Of a stretch of DNA of 32,972 nt, positions 22,501 to 32,729 are shown piece after piece (the stretch's first letter is position 1; every line of letters starts with the position of its first letter). Source of the DNA: Lenisia limosa. Lineage: Eukaryota; Protista; Breviatea. A program made the translations under genes and the position numbers. A model generated the notes under the pieces. The model did not search any database and had not been told where the DNA came from. It saw nothing but the letters and a program-made list of their open reading frames with translations. The stretch covers positions 1-32,972 of the forward strand of contig LPNZ01004925.1 of the NCBI GenBank assembly GCA_001655205.1, read 5' to 3'.

Positions 22501-23845
22501 NNNNNNNNNNNNNNNNNNNNNNNNNNNNNNNNNNNNNNNNNNNNNNNNNNNNNNNNNNNNCTCCAGAACAAAAGGACACTGAACTAACTTGGTCAAGAGT
22601 GTTTGAGATATGCACAAATGAGAAGTATAAAAAGTACAGCACTATGTGATATGATATACATCACCAGTTTTAAGCACTATCAAGAGAAAGGTGATTGATG
22701 ATTCATTAACATCTCCATACACGCCTATTCCTTCTCGCAATCACGAAACCATGTGCTCAGCCCACCAGGAACACATTCCGGAACTTCAGCCCATCCAGTT
22801 ACTGTGCTGCATGCAACATTTTTAGAGGAGAAGGATAGGTTCGAACCAACAGGGCAGCTTCCCTTTCAAGTGAGAAAAGGGTACTCTCAAAATATTGATT
22901 ACTTAATTCTGAAAATCCTCACCGTAATTGTTAAATCAGCAGTTGACCCGTCTGTCACAGCAACAACATTTGACATGACCATTGCAAGGCCAGCAGGTAC
23001 GGGTGGGCCGGTCACAAAGCAGGATAATGCTACAAAGGATCATAACACCTCTTCTACCCCCCCCCCTATCTAGTATACTATGGTATATGATATAATGGTA
23101 TAGCACAAGGGATTTTTATTTTCGTCATTTTCCCTTGGGATTTTCTTTTTTTCCCCTTCTTTATTAAGATGAAGTTAAACCTCGCTAGCCTCATGTTTGA
23201 GGTCCCCTCCTGTCACCTTCTTCCTTCTAAGTGAACAAAATATTTCTAAGCAGACAACTTTTCCCCTTGACCAAAAAAATGATGAAAATCACTGAAAAAA
23301 CCGACTCAATCCAAAATCCCTACCACATGATTCCCCATATTCACTCAGGACGCACTCGGGAATTGGCAGGTGTGTCGGGACTGGCGTCCCAAGTGAATAT
23401 TTTATAACATGTTATATGATAAATATATCAATAGACAAACACTGACCGTGATAAGTCTGAATATTGTTCTGAAGGTAATCAGATTCATGTAATATGGCAC
23501 ATATTATCGGAAAATATGTCTTGGACACCCCCTCCCTCACTGTTTTCGAGGTGACGTGTTCGGCGCTGAGGAATTAAAACTTCAACAAACAACGACGAAA
23601 GGGAAACCTACAAAAACCTTCGAACACAGCAATCACCCCCACTCACAACAGTAGTGGCATGGTCATCTTGAGCACTTTCCCAAAGACTGACCTGGACTTT
23701 TCCAGAATTGTTAACACTAAATAATGGTCAGGAGAGGATTAGGAAGTCAGGATTGGAAGAAGGGATATTGATTATTGACAAACTTTGCTGGAGTAACGGC
23801 AACTAATGTGGCAAAGCAACAAGTCAAAATGAGCAACACACTCAT
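19501..23845 (-). CDS. Predicted secreted protein: signal peptide + 2 Sushi/CCP-like modules + about 7 RCC1-like repeats
   Basis: Signal peptide MSVLLILTCCFATLVA. CCP1 reads CFVTGPPVP..GST..SCPVG..VAC..GW..VPEC. CCP2 reads QCP-[N gap]-GSYIYGTVCSLSC..SGTPIATCQDDGDF..FSC. RCC1-like repeats of about 50 aa include IVQFEAGALHYGFRTADGDVVLWGYNSNYQL, DLQLATHCTIVVLDDMTIFGAGTN and QLLCSRSMCLFITDEGKILG. Preferred stop is TAA 19503-19501; an alternative spliced end is TGA 19464-19462. Confidence 0.75.
22491..22560. other. Assembly gap beside C13; truncates a CCP exon
   Basis: Run of N; the minus-strand exon VQCPFVLE runs into it. Confidence 1.
23182..23218 (+). repeat. Dispersed 37-bp element, copy 2 (CCP-RCC1 gene, at an exon/intron junction)
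   Basis: TCGCTAGCCTCATGTTTGAGGTCCCCTCCTGTCACCT matches 9716-9752 at 32/37 positions. Confidence 0.8.
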
Positions 23846-23868
23846 GGCGGCATCAATTACTGTATTAC

Positions 23869-23921
23869 TACTGCACTATTGCAACACTACTGCACTATAT
23901 ACTGCACTATATACTGCACTA
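23869..23921. repeat. Four copies of TACTGCACTA in the divergent intergenic region between the CCP-RCC1 gene and NAA15
   Basis: Copies at 23869, 23888, 23900 and 23912; the last three have a 12-bp period. Confidence 0.9.
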
Positions 23922-24117
23922 ATAGGAGCAGATGCAAAGCAGAATTGGTGGAATTGGCAGGAGTGAAAGAACTATACTCTGCCACCCCATGAAACATTGC
24001 TCGCCGGCTGTGAGCATATTCTAAGCCGTACCGGGCATAATTCCCCTATAAGGAGGGGTTTTCGATCAAAGATTCCTCTTAATACTTTCTTCTTAGTAAT
24101 ATCTTAATATAAGTACA

Positions 24118-27100
24118 ATGGGTGACGATTTGCCACCAAAGGAGCAGAACCTGTTCAAAGCTGTTATCGTAGGGGCTTGAGAGCCGGTTTTCTGACCCAA
24201 TTTAGAAAGCATACGAGGCAAAAGAGCATGACAAGGCAATCAAACAAGCGGATGTAATTCTCAGCTCTTTTCCAGGTAGTAGGGATGCTCCCTTCTCCTT
24301 CTAGAACGGACTTGTTATCTTTGATGTTCATAGTAAATACTTTTTAACAAGTATAGAGCATGGAAACACTCTTGGAATGAAAGCTCTCGTACTTAGTCAA
24401 AAGAAGGATTGTGACCTTGAGTCCTGTGTTCGCATGGTTGAGGAAGCTCTTGGCTACAACAAAGAATCCTTCATTTGTAGGTAATAATGTTTCGACTGCC
24501 ACTCTTTTTTTTTTCATACTATGACATGAATTTTAATTTCTCATCTCTTCATATATCATATTTCTAAGATGAATTATTTCATTGTCTTTCTTCTTCTTTC
24601 GAAATGCTATACATTGATTTGACAATAAATCCATCTTCAACAAGTTTGATTAATAAAGGTTGGCACATTCTGGGAATCATGAAGAAGCAAGACAAAAAAT
24701 ACCAAGAGGCCATTGACGCTTACAAGACCTCTCTTTCTTTTGCCCCGGTAAGGCTTAAGTATTTATGAGACAAATGATGGCGGTGAATTAATAAAACTGG
24801 CATTTTAACATTTCCTGAGTAAACAAACAGTCGACTATATATAACCTTTTCTCATTTTCACATAGCATATTACATAGTGCAAATAGTTTGATATAATCAG
24901 GGCTTCCCTATGGTCTGAATAAGACCGGTAAAATATCGAGGATTATCGAGTATTTATCGAGAAAATCAGTATTATTTGGGACCCTAAATATAATATACTA
25001 TAATATTTATATCATATCATATAGTATATCATATATCATATATCATATACTATTATACGAGTATTATCTGATATGTAGTATTATATATGATATATTAGTA
25101 TATCATATAATATATATAATTACTATGTATATCGATATTTACTATGTAGTATCTATATTATATAACATCATATATTATGATATATCGATATATTATATTA
25201 TCATTGTGAAACACCTTTCATTTTGTATTTGAAATTATTTACACTACAGGAAAACTTCACAGTACTGCGTGATCTTGCCCACGCCCAGGCTCATTTCAGG
25301 GATTTCAACGGATTCAAACAAACGTGCGCTACCCTTCTTCTCATCAAGCCGCAGATTAGACAGCATTATGTGGGTGGTGATTGACATTTTCTCTATGACC
25401 CCCCCCCCCCCTTNNNNNNNNNNNNNNNNNNNNNNNNNNNNNNNNNNNNNNNNNNNNNNNNNNNNNNNNNNNNNNNNNNNNNNNNNNNNNNGTACTATTT
25501 CAACCAACTCTGAAATTTACTATCCTCAAATAGTGATGATATTTCAGATTGGCATGGCAACAGCCTGTTTCCTCAATGGTGATTACAACGAAGTGGAGCG
25601 CTACTTGAAGGCATGGGATGATAGGAGTTCTCAATCAATGCAGGTTAGCTTTTGCTTGGTATTCTCTGTATTGTGATTTTTTATATTTTTTTTTCATACG
25701 GCTGTATCACTTATTATATTTGATTTTTTTTGCCGTGTCTTGATGTTATCATGCTCTAGCCTCTTTCTCAGTTTGAGCTTTCTGAGTTCTGCTTGCTTCG
25801 CGCACGTGCGTTATTGAAGGCAGGCGACGCACAACGAGCCCAAGTCCAACTCGGTTTGCATTTTGCACCGTTGAGAGCCGCGAAGCAATCATGTGTTTTC
25901 ACCCTTTTAGAGGCAGACTATATGGCTGGACGGATTCACAGCAACAGCAGTCTCCTTGAACTGAGAGGTTGGGAAATCTATTACAAATACAGAGTAATTT
26001 AAAAGAAAGTGTTGTTAAATGATACTGCTCTTTTGTACTGTTCACATTTTAGCCGAAATTTTGAAAGAGAAGAAAAGCAAACAAGATGCCAAGGCTACTT
26101 ATGAATCTGTATGAGGGTGTGGGTGGAAGATACGCATATTCATGTACATATCATATACTATATGATATCTTTAACATAATATCGTAATATTTGCAGCTCA
26201 TTGAGCTGAACCCTAACAACACCAAATATTACCACGAAAAGTTCGAAGTCGGACAGTACGAACCTGAAGGTATGGCAAGGTTGTTTTTTCTTTCGATTTA
26301 CCCTTCATATTACTATGAACATATCATAATTTTATTATTTTCTACTATTAGCAACATGGTTTTTTTAACTTGCTCAAAAGCACTATTCCCGTTTTGTTTG
26401 TGTACATACTTGACTTCAGATAAACTTGCCTTCGGACTCTCGTACCGCAATTTGTATCCCAAGGCTAGTGGCCCAATTTACTACCTTCTCGATGTTCTCG
26501 AAGGTTTGTGAAGGAATAGTATTTATTTTGGAGATGAATTTTCTGGTTTTCCTTTTGAAGAAGTTTCGCAAAGAAGAAATAGGACGACTTGAAAACTCCC
26601 TGCTACGTTTTCATCCCTCAGGAGACTCGAAGCCATTTATCACCATTTGCCGGGAGCAAATAACAAAATATGTCAAGAAGGGTGCCTCGGTCTATGACGC
26701 TTTGAAGGACTATTACAAGGACGAGAAAAAGGTAACTGGCTGTAGGTTTTGTTCTGTAATATGAAGCAATACCCATCAAATTTACCCCAGTAGGAAAAAA
26801 ATTATTGATTGAGAGGCCGTAGGATATGTTTCAAGTAATCAAACCAATTTTTGTGAATTATTTTGTTAATAATGCTGAAAATGGCAAAAAACAAAACAGA
26901 CGGCTCCAAGGGGATAAGTCCCCCATAGTGCCTTATCATCACAGACTGCTACAATTGGAATCATTTTAAGAAGTATTCAAGAAGACATCAAAACCATGAA
27001 TGGTTGGACTAAGGTTGGGTGGGGGTGCAGAATGAGGTGGTATTTGTAGTTCTTTTGAGGCCAAATAACGGGCAAATCTTATATTCCAGCAAGAGCAGCC

Positions 27101-30100
27101 TAAGGCAAGAGCCAATGTTGGGCTTTCTTTGGCACGCCACTTAGACAAATGCAGAGAGTTAGGGGGATTCATTTTTTTTTGCTTTTTTACCTTTTGAAGC
27201 ATTTTTTTCATTTGGTCTTTTTGGAAATTCACAAGTTAGATACAAGGAAGCACTGGAACTCATTACAGACATTTTGAAGGAAACGCCTACTTTCATAGAG
27301 GCTCATATGGCCCTTTCTAGGATCTACAAGGTTTGCTATTCTAACCACTTATTCTTGTACCCTCAGTCTTCGCCCCCCCCCCCCCCCCCCCCNNNNNNNN
27401 NNNNNNNNNNNNNNNNNNNNNNNNNNNNNNNNNNNNNNNNNNNNNNNNNNNNNNNNNNNNNNNNNNNNNNNNNNNNNNNNNNNNNNNNNNNNNNNNNNNN
27501 NNNNNNNNNNNNATCTGATATCGCGAAACTACTTGCATTTTTTATATCATATTATATGATATACTGTATGATATATGAATTTCATTGTTTCTGATGAGTC
27601 TACAGCATATGGGCGACTTAGACGCTGCGTACTTGACTATGGAGCATGCTCGTCAACTGGAGGATAGTGACAGGTTCGACGATGAGGGGGGTAGCATGGA
27701 CTAAATCTGAGCATAGGAACCTTACTAACGGGAGTATGGACTAAATCTGAGCATAGGAACCTTATTAACGAGGGTATGGACTAAATCTGAGCATAAGAAC
27801 CTTACTAAGCCCTCCTCCTCCAGATATCTGAACAATAAGGCCACCCTCTATGCTTTACGCAAAAATTGCTTTGAAAGAGGCAAGGACACCATTGACCTCT
27901 TTGCCAAGGTTGGATTTGTCACTGAGTCCAATGGATAATATAATGGATAATATTTTAGAAGCCTTTTAATATCTGTCATTTCGATAGAGTGATGTGCTTT
28001 GGTATGATGTGCGTAAAGTTGAATGAACAAAGGATGTAATATCTATATTTTTCACAGCTTTCCAGAGTTTCTTACACTTTTAGATGGGAGAGAAACCACC
28101 CACTCTATCAGAGCTCCAGGTTTGTTCGATCGTGCTCTTTAGCAACCGAACCAACTGTTCTGTTTTTGGTCATTGAAATGACATCATAGGTTCAATGGTT
28201 CGAGCTAGAAGCAGGCCGTTGCTGTAGAGACACTGGCGACCTTGGAAAAAGCCTGAGGTTCTATACCGACATCACCACTGTCAGCCCATTGTCTTATTTT
28301 GTTACCGTGTTTATAAGTGTCTGTTCAACATAACTAGTATAGTATATCATATCTGTTTTTATTGTTCCTTGTAGCGCATTTGTTTTCTTGTTTTGACCTT
28401 GTAGCATTATGACGACTTTGTGGACGATTTCTTTGACTTCCACCCTTATTGCACCAGGAAGTGCACCCTCCAGTCCTACTTCACCACTTTCGTGTTTGTG
28501 GGACTAATTGGAATGTCAATCCTCCTGGAGTTTTTTTTATGATTATTTATGCAGTACACAATCAAATCTCAACCTTGATTCTTTTGATCACTCCACTAAT
28601 TTCCTCAGGATGGAAGACAACATGTTCAAATCACCTCGTTTCATTACAGCTGCCACCAATGCCATTGCCATCCATCTCCAGTATGCCTTGTTTCATCCTC
28701 TATCGCTTTCCTTAATATTGATTATTTGTCTGATTTTTCTGTTATCTCTCATTTTTAGACTCCATTCCAACCCATTGTCCCCACCTGAAAACCTGCAAGA
28801 TCAAATTTCCAGTGAGCTTGAGCGGAGTACCCTCCCTACTAATTTGATAATTGGAGGTTGTTCTTTTTTCGCATTCAGGTTATTTGTTAACGTTCGGACA
28901 GAACTCCCAAAGTCTCTTTCAAGTGAATGCGAAGTCGACGATGAAGGACTCAAGCTTCTTTATGTTGATGTAAGCAGTGGTTTTCGTTAACTTGTTGCAA
29001 AAATGGCAATCTTTTTCTTATTTATTTCCAAATGATCACTCCATAGAACCACCTTGAGAGGGCAGCCAAGCTCGCTGAAACCCTTTACGAACACTGCAAA
29101 CACTCCCCAAGGTTGGATCGTCCGTAATTCATTTGTGCACTACATAATTTCATTTGCAGAGTATTTACATATTTAGGGCGCTTCTTGCTGCAGCTCAGAC
29201 TTTCAGTGCACAAAGTAAGCTTACTTCGAACTAATTATCAGCAATACTTGTCAAAAATGATATTGTCTGACAATGATACAGGGAGGGACGAAGCTTACAA
29301 ATGTGCTGAGCTCGTCAACAACATGATATCTTCCAACTACGTTGCCGCTCCAGTTTGTCGGGTTCCTCCAAAAGGATTTGCTTCATTATTATTTTACAAA
29401 CATCTCACATTCTAGTTGGAACCTTCTTCCACCGATTTGCCCGTTTTCTCTGCTGCTCTCATAGCTAAAATCTCTGGTTTGAGGGTAGCAGTAATACCGA
29501 GGATTGGATGATTTCGACAATTTTACAATCATTCATCCCTTAGAAGACATGGAGCTGAGCAAAGGTTCTTCTGTCGAATTGGCCACTTCAAAACTTGGTA
29601 ATAGGAAGTTTACTGCTTTTCTGTTTTAATAATATTTTTCTCACTTCCAAAGAAAACTTGCACTTGAGCTCGAACGTGACCAAGTTCCTTGGTAGTTACA
29701 ACTCACCTCTTGAACTCCTTGTTGCTAAGCTCCGTGAAATGAAGGAACCCAGTTCCCTTGCTCGTTTATATGGTGGGGGCTTTTTTTTTTTGGTTAGTGT
29801 TTGTACGGAGAGGAGAAGGAACTGTTCATATTATAATATACTTCATCATATCATATAATATTGGGGTGAATGGCTTCGGCCAGATACAACCTTGTTTTAT
29901 TTTTTCATTTCTGTACTATGATATGATATACGATATTGTAATGATATGCATAAAATACATAGTATTAGGATATACTATCATATGATATAATACATATATT
30001 TACTTGACCGCACCAGCTTTGGATGTATTGCGCAGTCATGGCAAGCTCAGTGAAATTCTGGGAGATCTCCCCTCCAATACCTATGCAAGGGTAGGAAGGA

Positions 30101-30554
30101 GAATATTTTCAATTTTCAAAAATTTTCGACCCCCCTCAATTCTTATCGCTCAGGACTTGATTCGCTTTGTTATGGCCATTGGTAGCGATATATCTGGAGA
30201 TTTCAAGGTAGTTTGGTTTTGTGTTTTGGTACAACAAGGATAATGATGTTGAAATATCATGGAAAATTGCCAACGGTGTAGGATAAGTGCCTTGCTCGGT
30301 TCCCTCATATGAACTGTGTTGGAGGCGTGCCAAACGTTGTGCCTTCTTTCCCAATTTACAGCGAGACAGTGAGTGGCGATATGTATGATGATGCAATGGC
30401 GTACCACATTGACCCCACTTCTGACATCTCTCAGATCGACCAACCCCTTCCAAATGTCAAGACAGTGGAAGAAAAGAAAGATCCCAAGAAAGATGCCAAG
30501 AAGAAGGACAGCAAAAAGGACAACAAGAAGAAGTCTGGAAAGAAAAAGAGATAA
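24118..30554 (+). CDS. NAA15: N-alpha-acetyltransferase 15/16, NatA auxiliary subunit (TPR)
   Basis: Motifs LPPKEQNLFKAVIKAYEAK, EHGNTLGMKAL, CWHILG, ENFTVLRDLAHAQ, LIELNPNN, TPTFIE, DRYLNNK, LSELQVQWFELE, DFFDFHPYCTRKCTLQSY, LHSNP and CLARFP are colinear with NAA15. Ends in a Lys-rich tail at TAA 30552-30554. Confidence 0.93.
24986..25202. repeat. AT-rich low-complexity tract (ATATCAT/ATGATAT/TACTAT motifs) in an NAA15 intron
   Basis: Degenerate microsatellite-like sequence. Similar tracts occur at about 9570-9650, 15880-15930, 27541-27575, 29920-30000 and 31821-31920. Confidence 0.85.
25414..25491. other. Assembly gap after C13 (NAA15 intron)
   Basis: Run of N. Confidence 1.
27393..27512. 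other. Assembly gap after C20 (NAA15 intron)
   Basis: Run of N. Confidence 1.
27696..27808 (+). repeat. Tandem repeat, about 3 x 40 bp, inside an NAA15 intron
   Basis: Unit ATGGACTAAATCTGAGCATAGGAACCTTACTAACGGGAGT at 27696, 27736 and 27776 (third copy partial), with few substitutions. Confidence 0.97.
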
Positions 30555-30777
30555 TTGTAGTTTTATGGTTTAAATATGATAACTGTTTTCCACTTCTGAG
30601 GTCCCTTCCTTTATCTCATAGTAAAATACTATCAATATCCTAAGACACATAATTCACACCTCAGGAGATGAACCTAAAAAAATAAAAAAAGGCCTCCAAA
30701 AAGATGATATAGCTATATAGATACATATCCAAGGTGAGGAGAGCTGTTCCAAGTTACTCATTACTTCATATATTCCT

Positions 30778-32729
30778 TCACTCCCCACTTTCTTCGATAT
30801 TTTGCTGATTCAAATGAAACTCGCAATACGACTTCAACGCCACTAGCTTGGTCAAAACAGCATGTTTAAGTTTGATGTCTTCAAGAGTCGGGCTTGTCTT
30901 TTTGGTTGCATTATCCCTGGCAGCCTTGGAACTGAATAGATGAAAAACGAAGATCAATCGCCCTGACAACACTGAGGGAATCATAACATTTGTGCCTAAG
31001 TAAAAGGTCATTATATAGTTCTAACCTAAAACTATGACGAGCATCATTTTCTTGGTTGGATGTGATGCAGCCACTTCGGCCAAGAGTGAAAACCGAGAGA
31101 CCTTCAGAGTAGTTCGTTTCGACATTGAATGCTGGATGGTAAAATCGACATCGACGGTAGAAAATATTATATATCACAGCAAATTGCCACTAATATTCTT
31201 GATACAACGTACCTGGTGGGAGGAAAATGGATTCAGCTGATTTGGCTTCACCACAACGAGTGATTTTAGACTTTTCTTTGGCACTGGAAGGGATTTGTTC
31301 ATCTTCAGCTGGATTGAATCTAAAGGCGTTATCAAAGTGAAGGAGTCAGAAATTAAAGGCGCAATGTACTAATACCCACTTGTGATAAAAGCAAGAAAGT
31401 TGAAATGGAGACAGTTGGCTATAATAGGAGGAACACAGTCTGTAAACAAAATACCAAATATCCACAATACAATGATATATATAGCTATAAGGTATATAAT
31501 ATATTATGTACATGCATCAATGAGTCAGTATGAATCAAACACAAGGCTCAATAATAGTTTAGTGAAGTAGTGTACATAACCCACAGGCCATTATGCTTCA
31601 GGTCCTTTTCTTCATATTGAGTGGTCAGATTGCGGAAAAGGAATCGACGATTTCGGTTCTTTCTCCCTTGGATTTCGTTCTTAATCGCCTTCTGCCTCTG
31701 TTTCAAGAAGATACGATATCTTCCTTTTTGCTTTCTCGAAAAATGCGTTGTTGATAGCCTAAAGAGTAAGAGATTTGGAGAATGAGATTGGGGGAAAGGG
31801 GGAAAGGGGAAAAAACGCCGCATATCATATCATATACTATTACATAATATAGTACTATATCATCGATATGTCGATATCTATATCATATAATATGATAATT
31901 ATATTATTATTGACAGTATATCAAAATGAAGTCTCACATTGGTGGCCGTATGAATGAAAACGTTAAGGCCGGATTAGTGGGAGGCGTACCCTCAGTTTCT
32001 GAGAACTCCTAATATGTTAGTAGTAAACAAAGAGAAAAATTAAATAACACAGAAGAGCTACAAAAATCAAGATAAAACTCCAACCTCGTCTGTATCAGTC
32101 TCTTCTTTTTCATCAGAGAACACTCGCCGAACAGGTCGTAGTTTGAAGAAATGTAACCTTCTCCTCCTTATCATCTTGCGTCGCTCAATCACTTGTCTGT
32201 TGGACAAAACTGAATGTTTTCCCTTTTTATTCTCTGGTACTGCCAAAGCAGACTTGGAAGGAGACCTGCTGTAGCTTTCCTTCTTCCTGACCCCATGCAC
32301 TGTATTTGACCTTGTGTTCCTGGCCAAAGGTCTCGGAAGAATAAAGTCCCTAAAGGTTTTTTTCTTTTCCGTTCTCTTCTCTAACCTCCTTTCTTTTCTT
32401 TTTACTTTGACTTGTTGAAGCGCTCTGAGCTCGTAATTGTCTTTTATTTCTTGGAGTTCACTCTTTCTTTTGACTATCTTCTGTGGTTCCACTTTGTGAT
32501 GTTCCTTTGGTTCACTTCTTTGCAGTGCTCTTCTATCATATTTTTCTTTCATTTCTTGAAGTTCCCTCTTTCTTTTGACTATCTTCTGTGGTTCCACTAT
32601 GTGATGCTCCTTTCTCCTTTCTTCTCTGATTTGTTGTTGAATTGCCCGTTGTCTTTCGTCATGCGCAATACCAGAAGCAATCCGTTTTTTTGCTTCTTCT
32701 CCTTCTCTAAGGGACTTCTCCTGGACAAT
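30778..32729 (-). CDS. Hypothetical highly basic protein with an internal 35-aa repeat; 5' end lies outside the window
   Basis: A long open exon starts at 32729 (IVQEKSLREGEEAKKRIASG...EETDTDE). Phase-consistent exons follow: EFSETEGTPP..., LSTTHFSRKQKGRY..., FNPAEDEQ..., AFNVETNY..., SKAARDNA...EESGE, ending at TGA. A donor at 30780 plus a strong acceptor near 30674 could extend the 3' end to about 30610. Confidence 0.7.
32415..32613 (-). repeat. Coding tandem duplication, period 105 bp (35 aa)
   Basis: GACTATCTTCTGTGGTTCCACT at 32472 and 32577. Protein KEHHxVEPQKIVKRKxELQExKxxYxxRALQ occurs twice. Confidence 0.95.

Noticed and set aside
27591-27640. CTGATGAG resembling a hammerhead ribozyme core
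   Set aside because: No stem II followed by GAAA; the sequence is simply the 3' splice site and a NAA15 exon.
27696-27808. Regular 40-bp periodicity resembling a CRISPR array
   Set aside because: The units are contiguous near-identical copies without unique spacers, inside a eukaryotic intron, with no cas genes.
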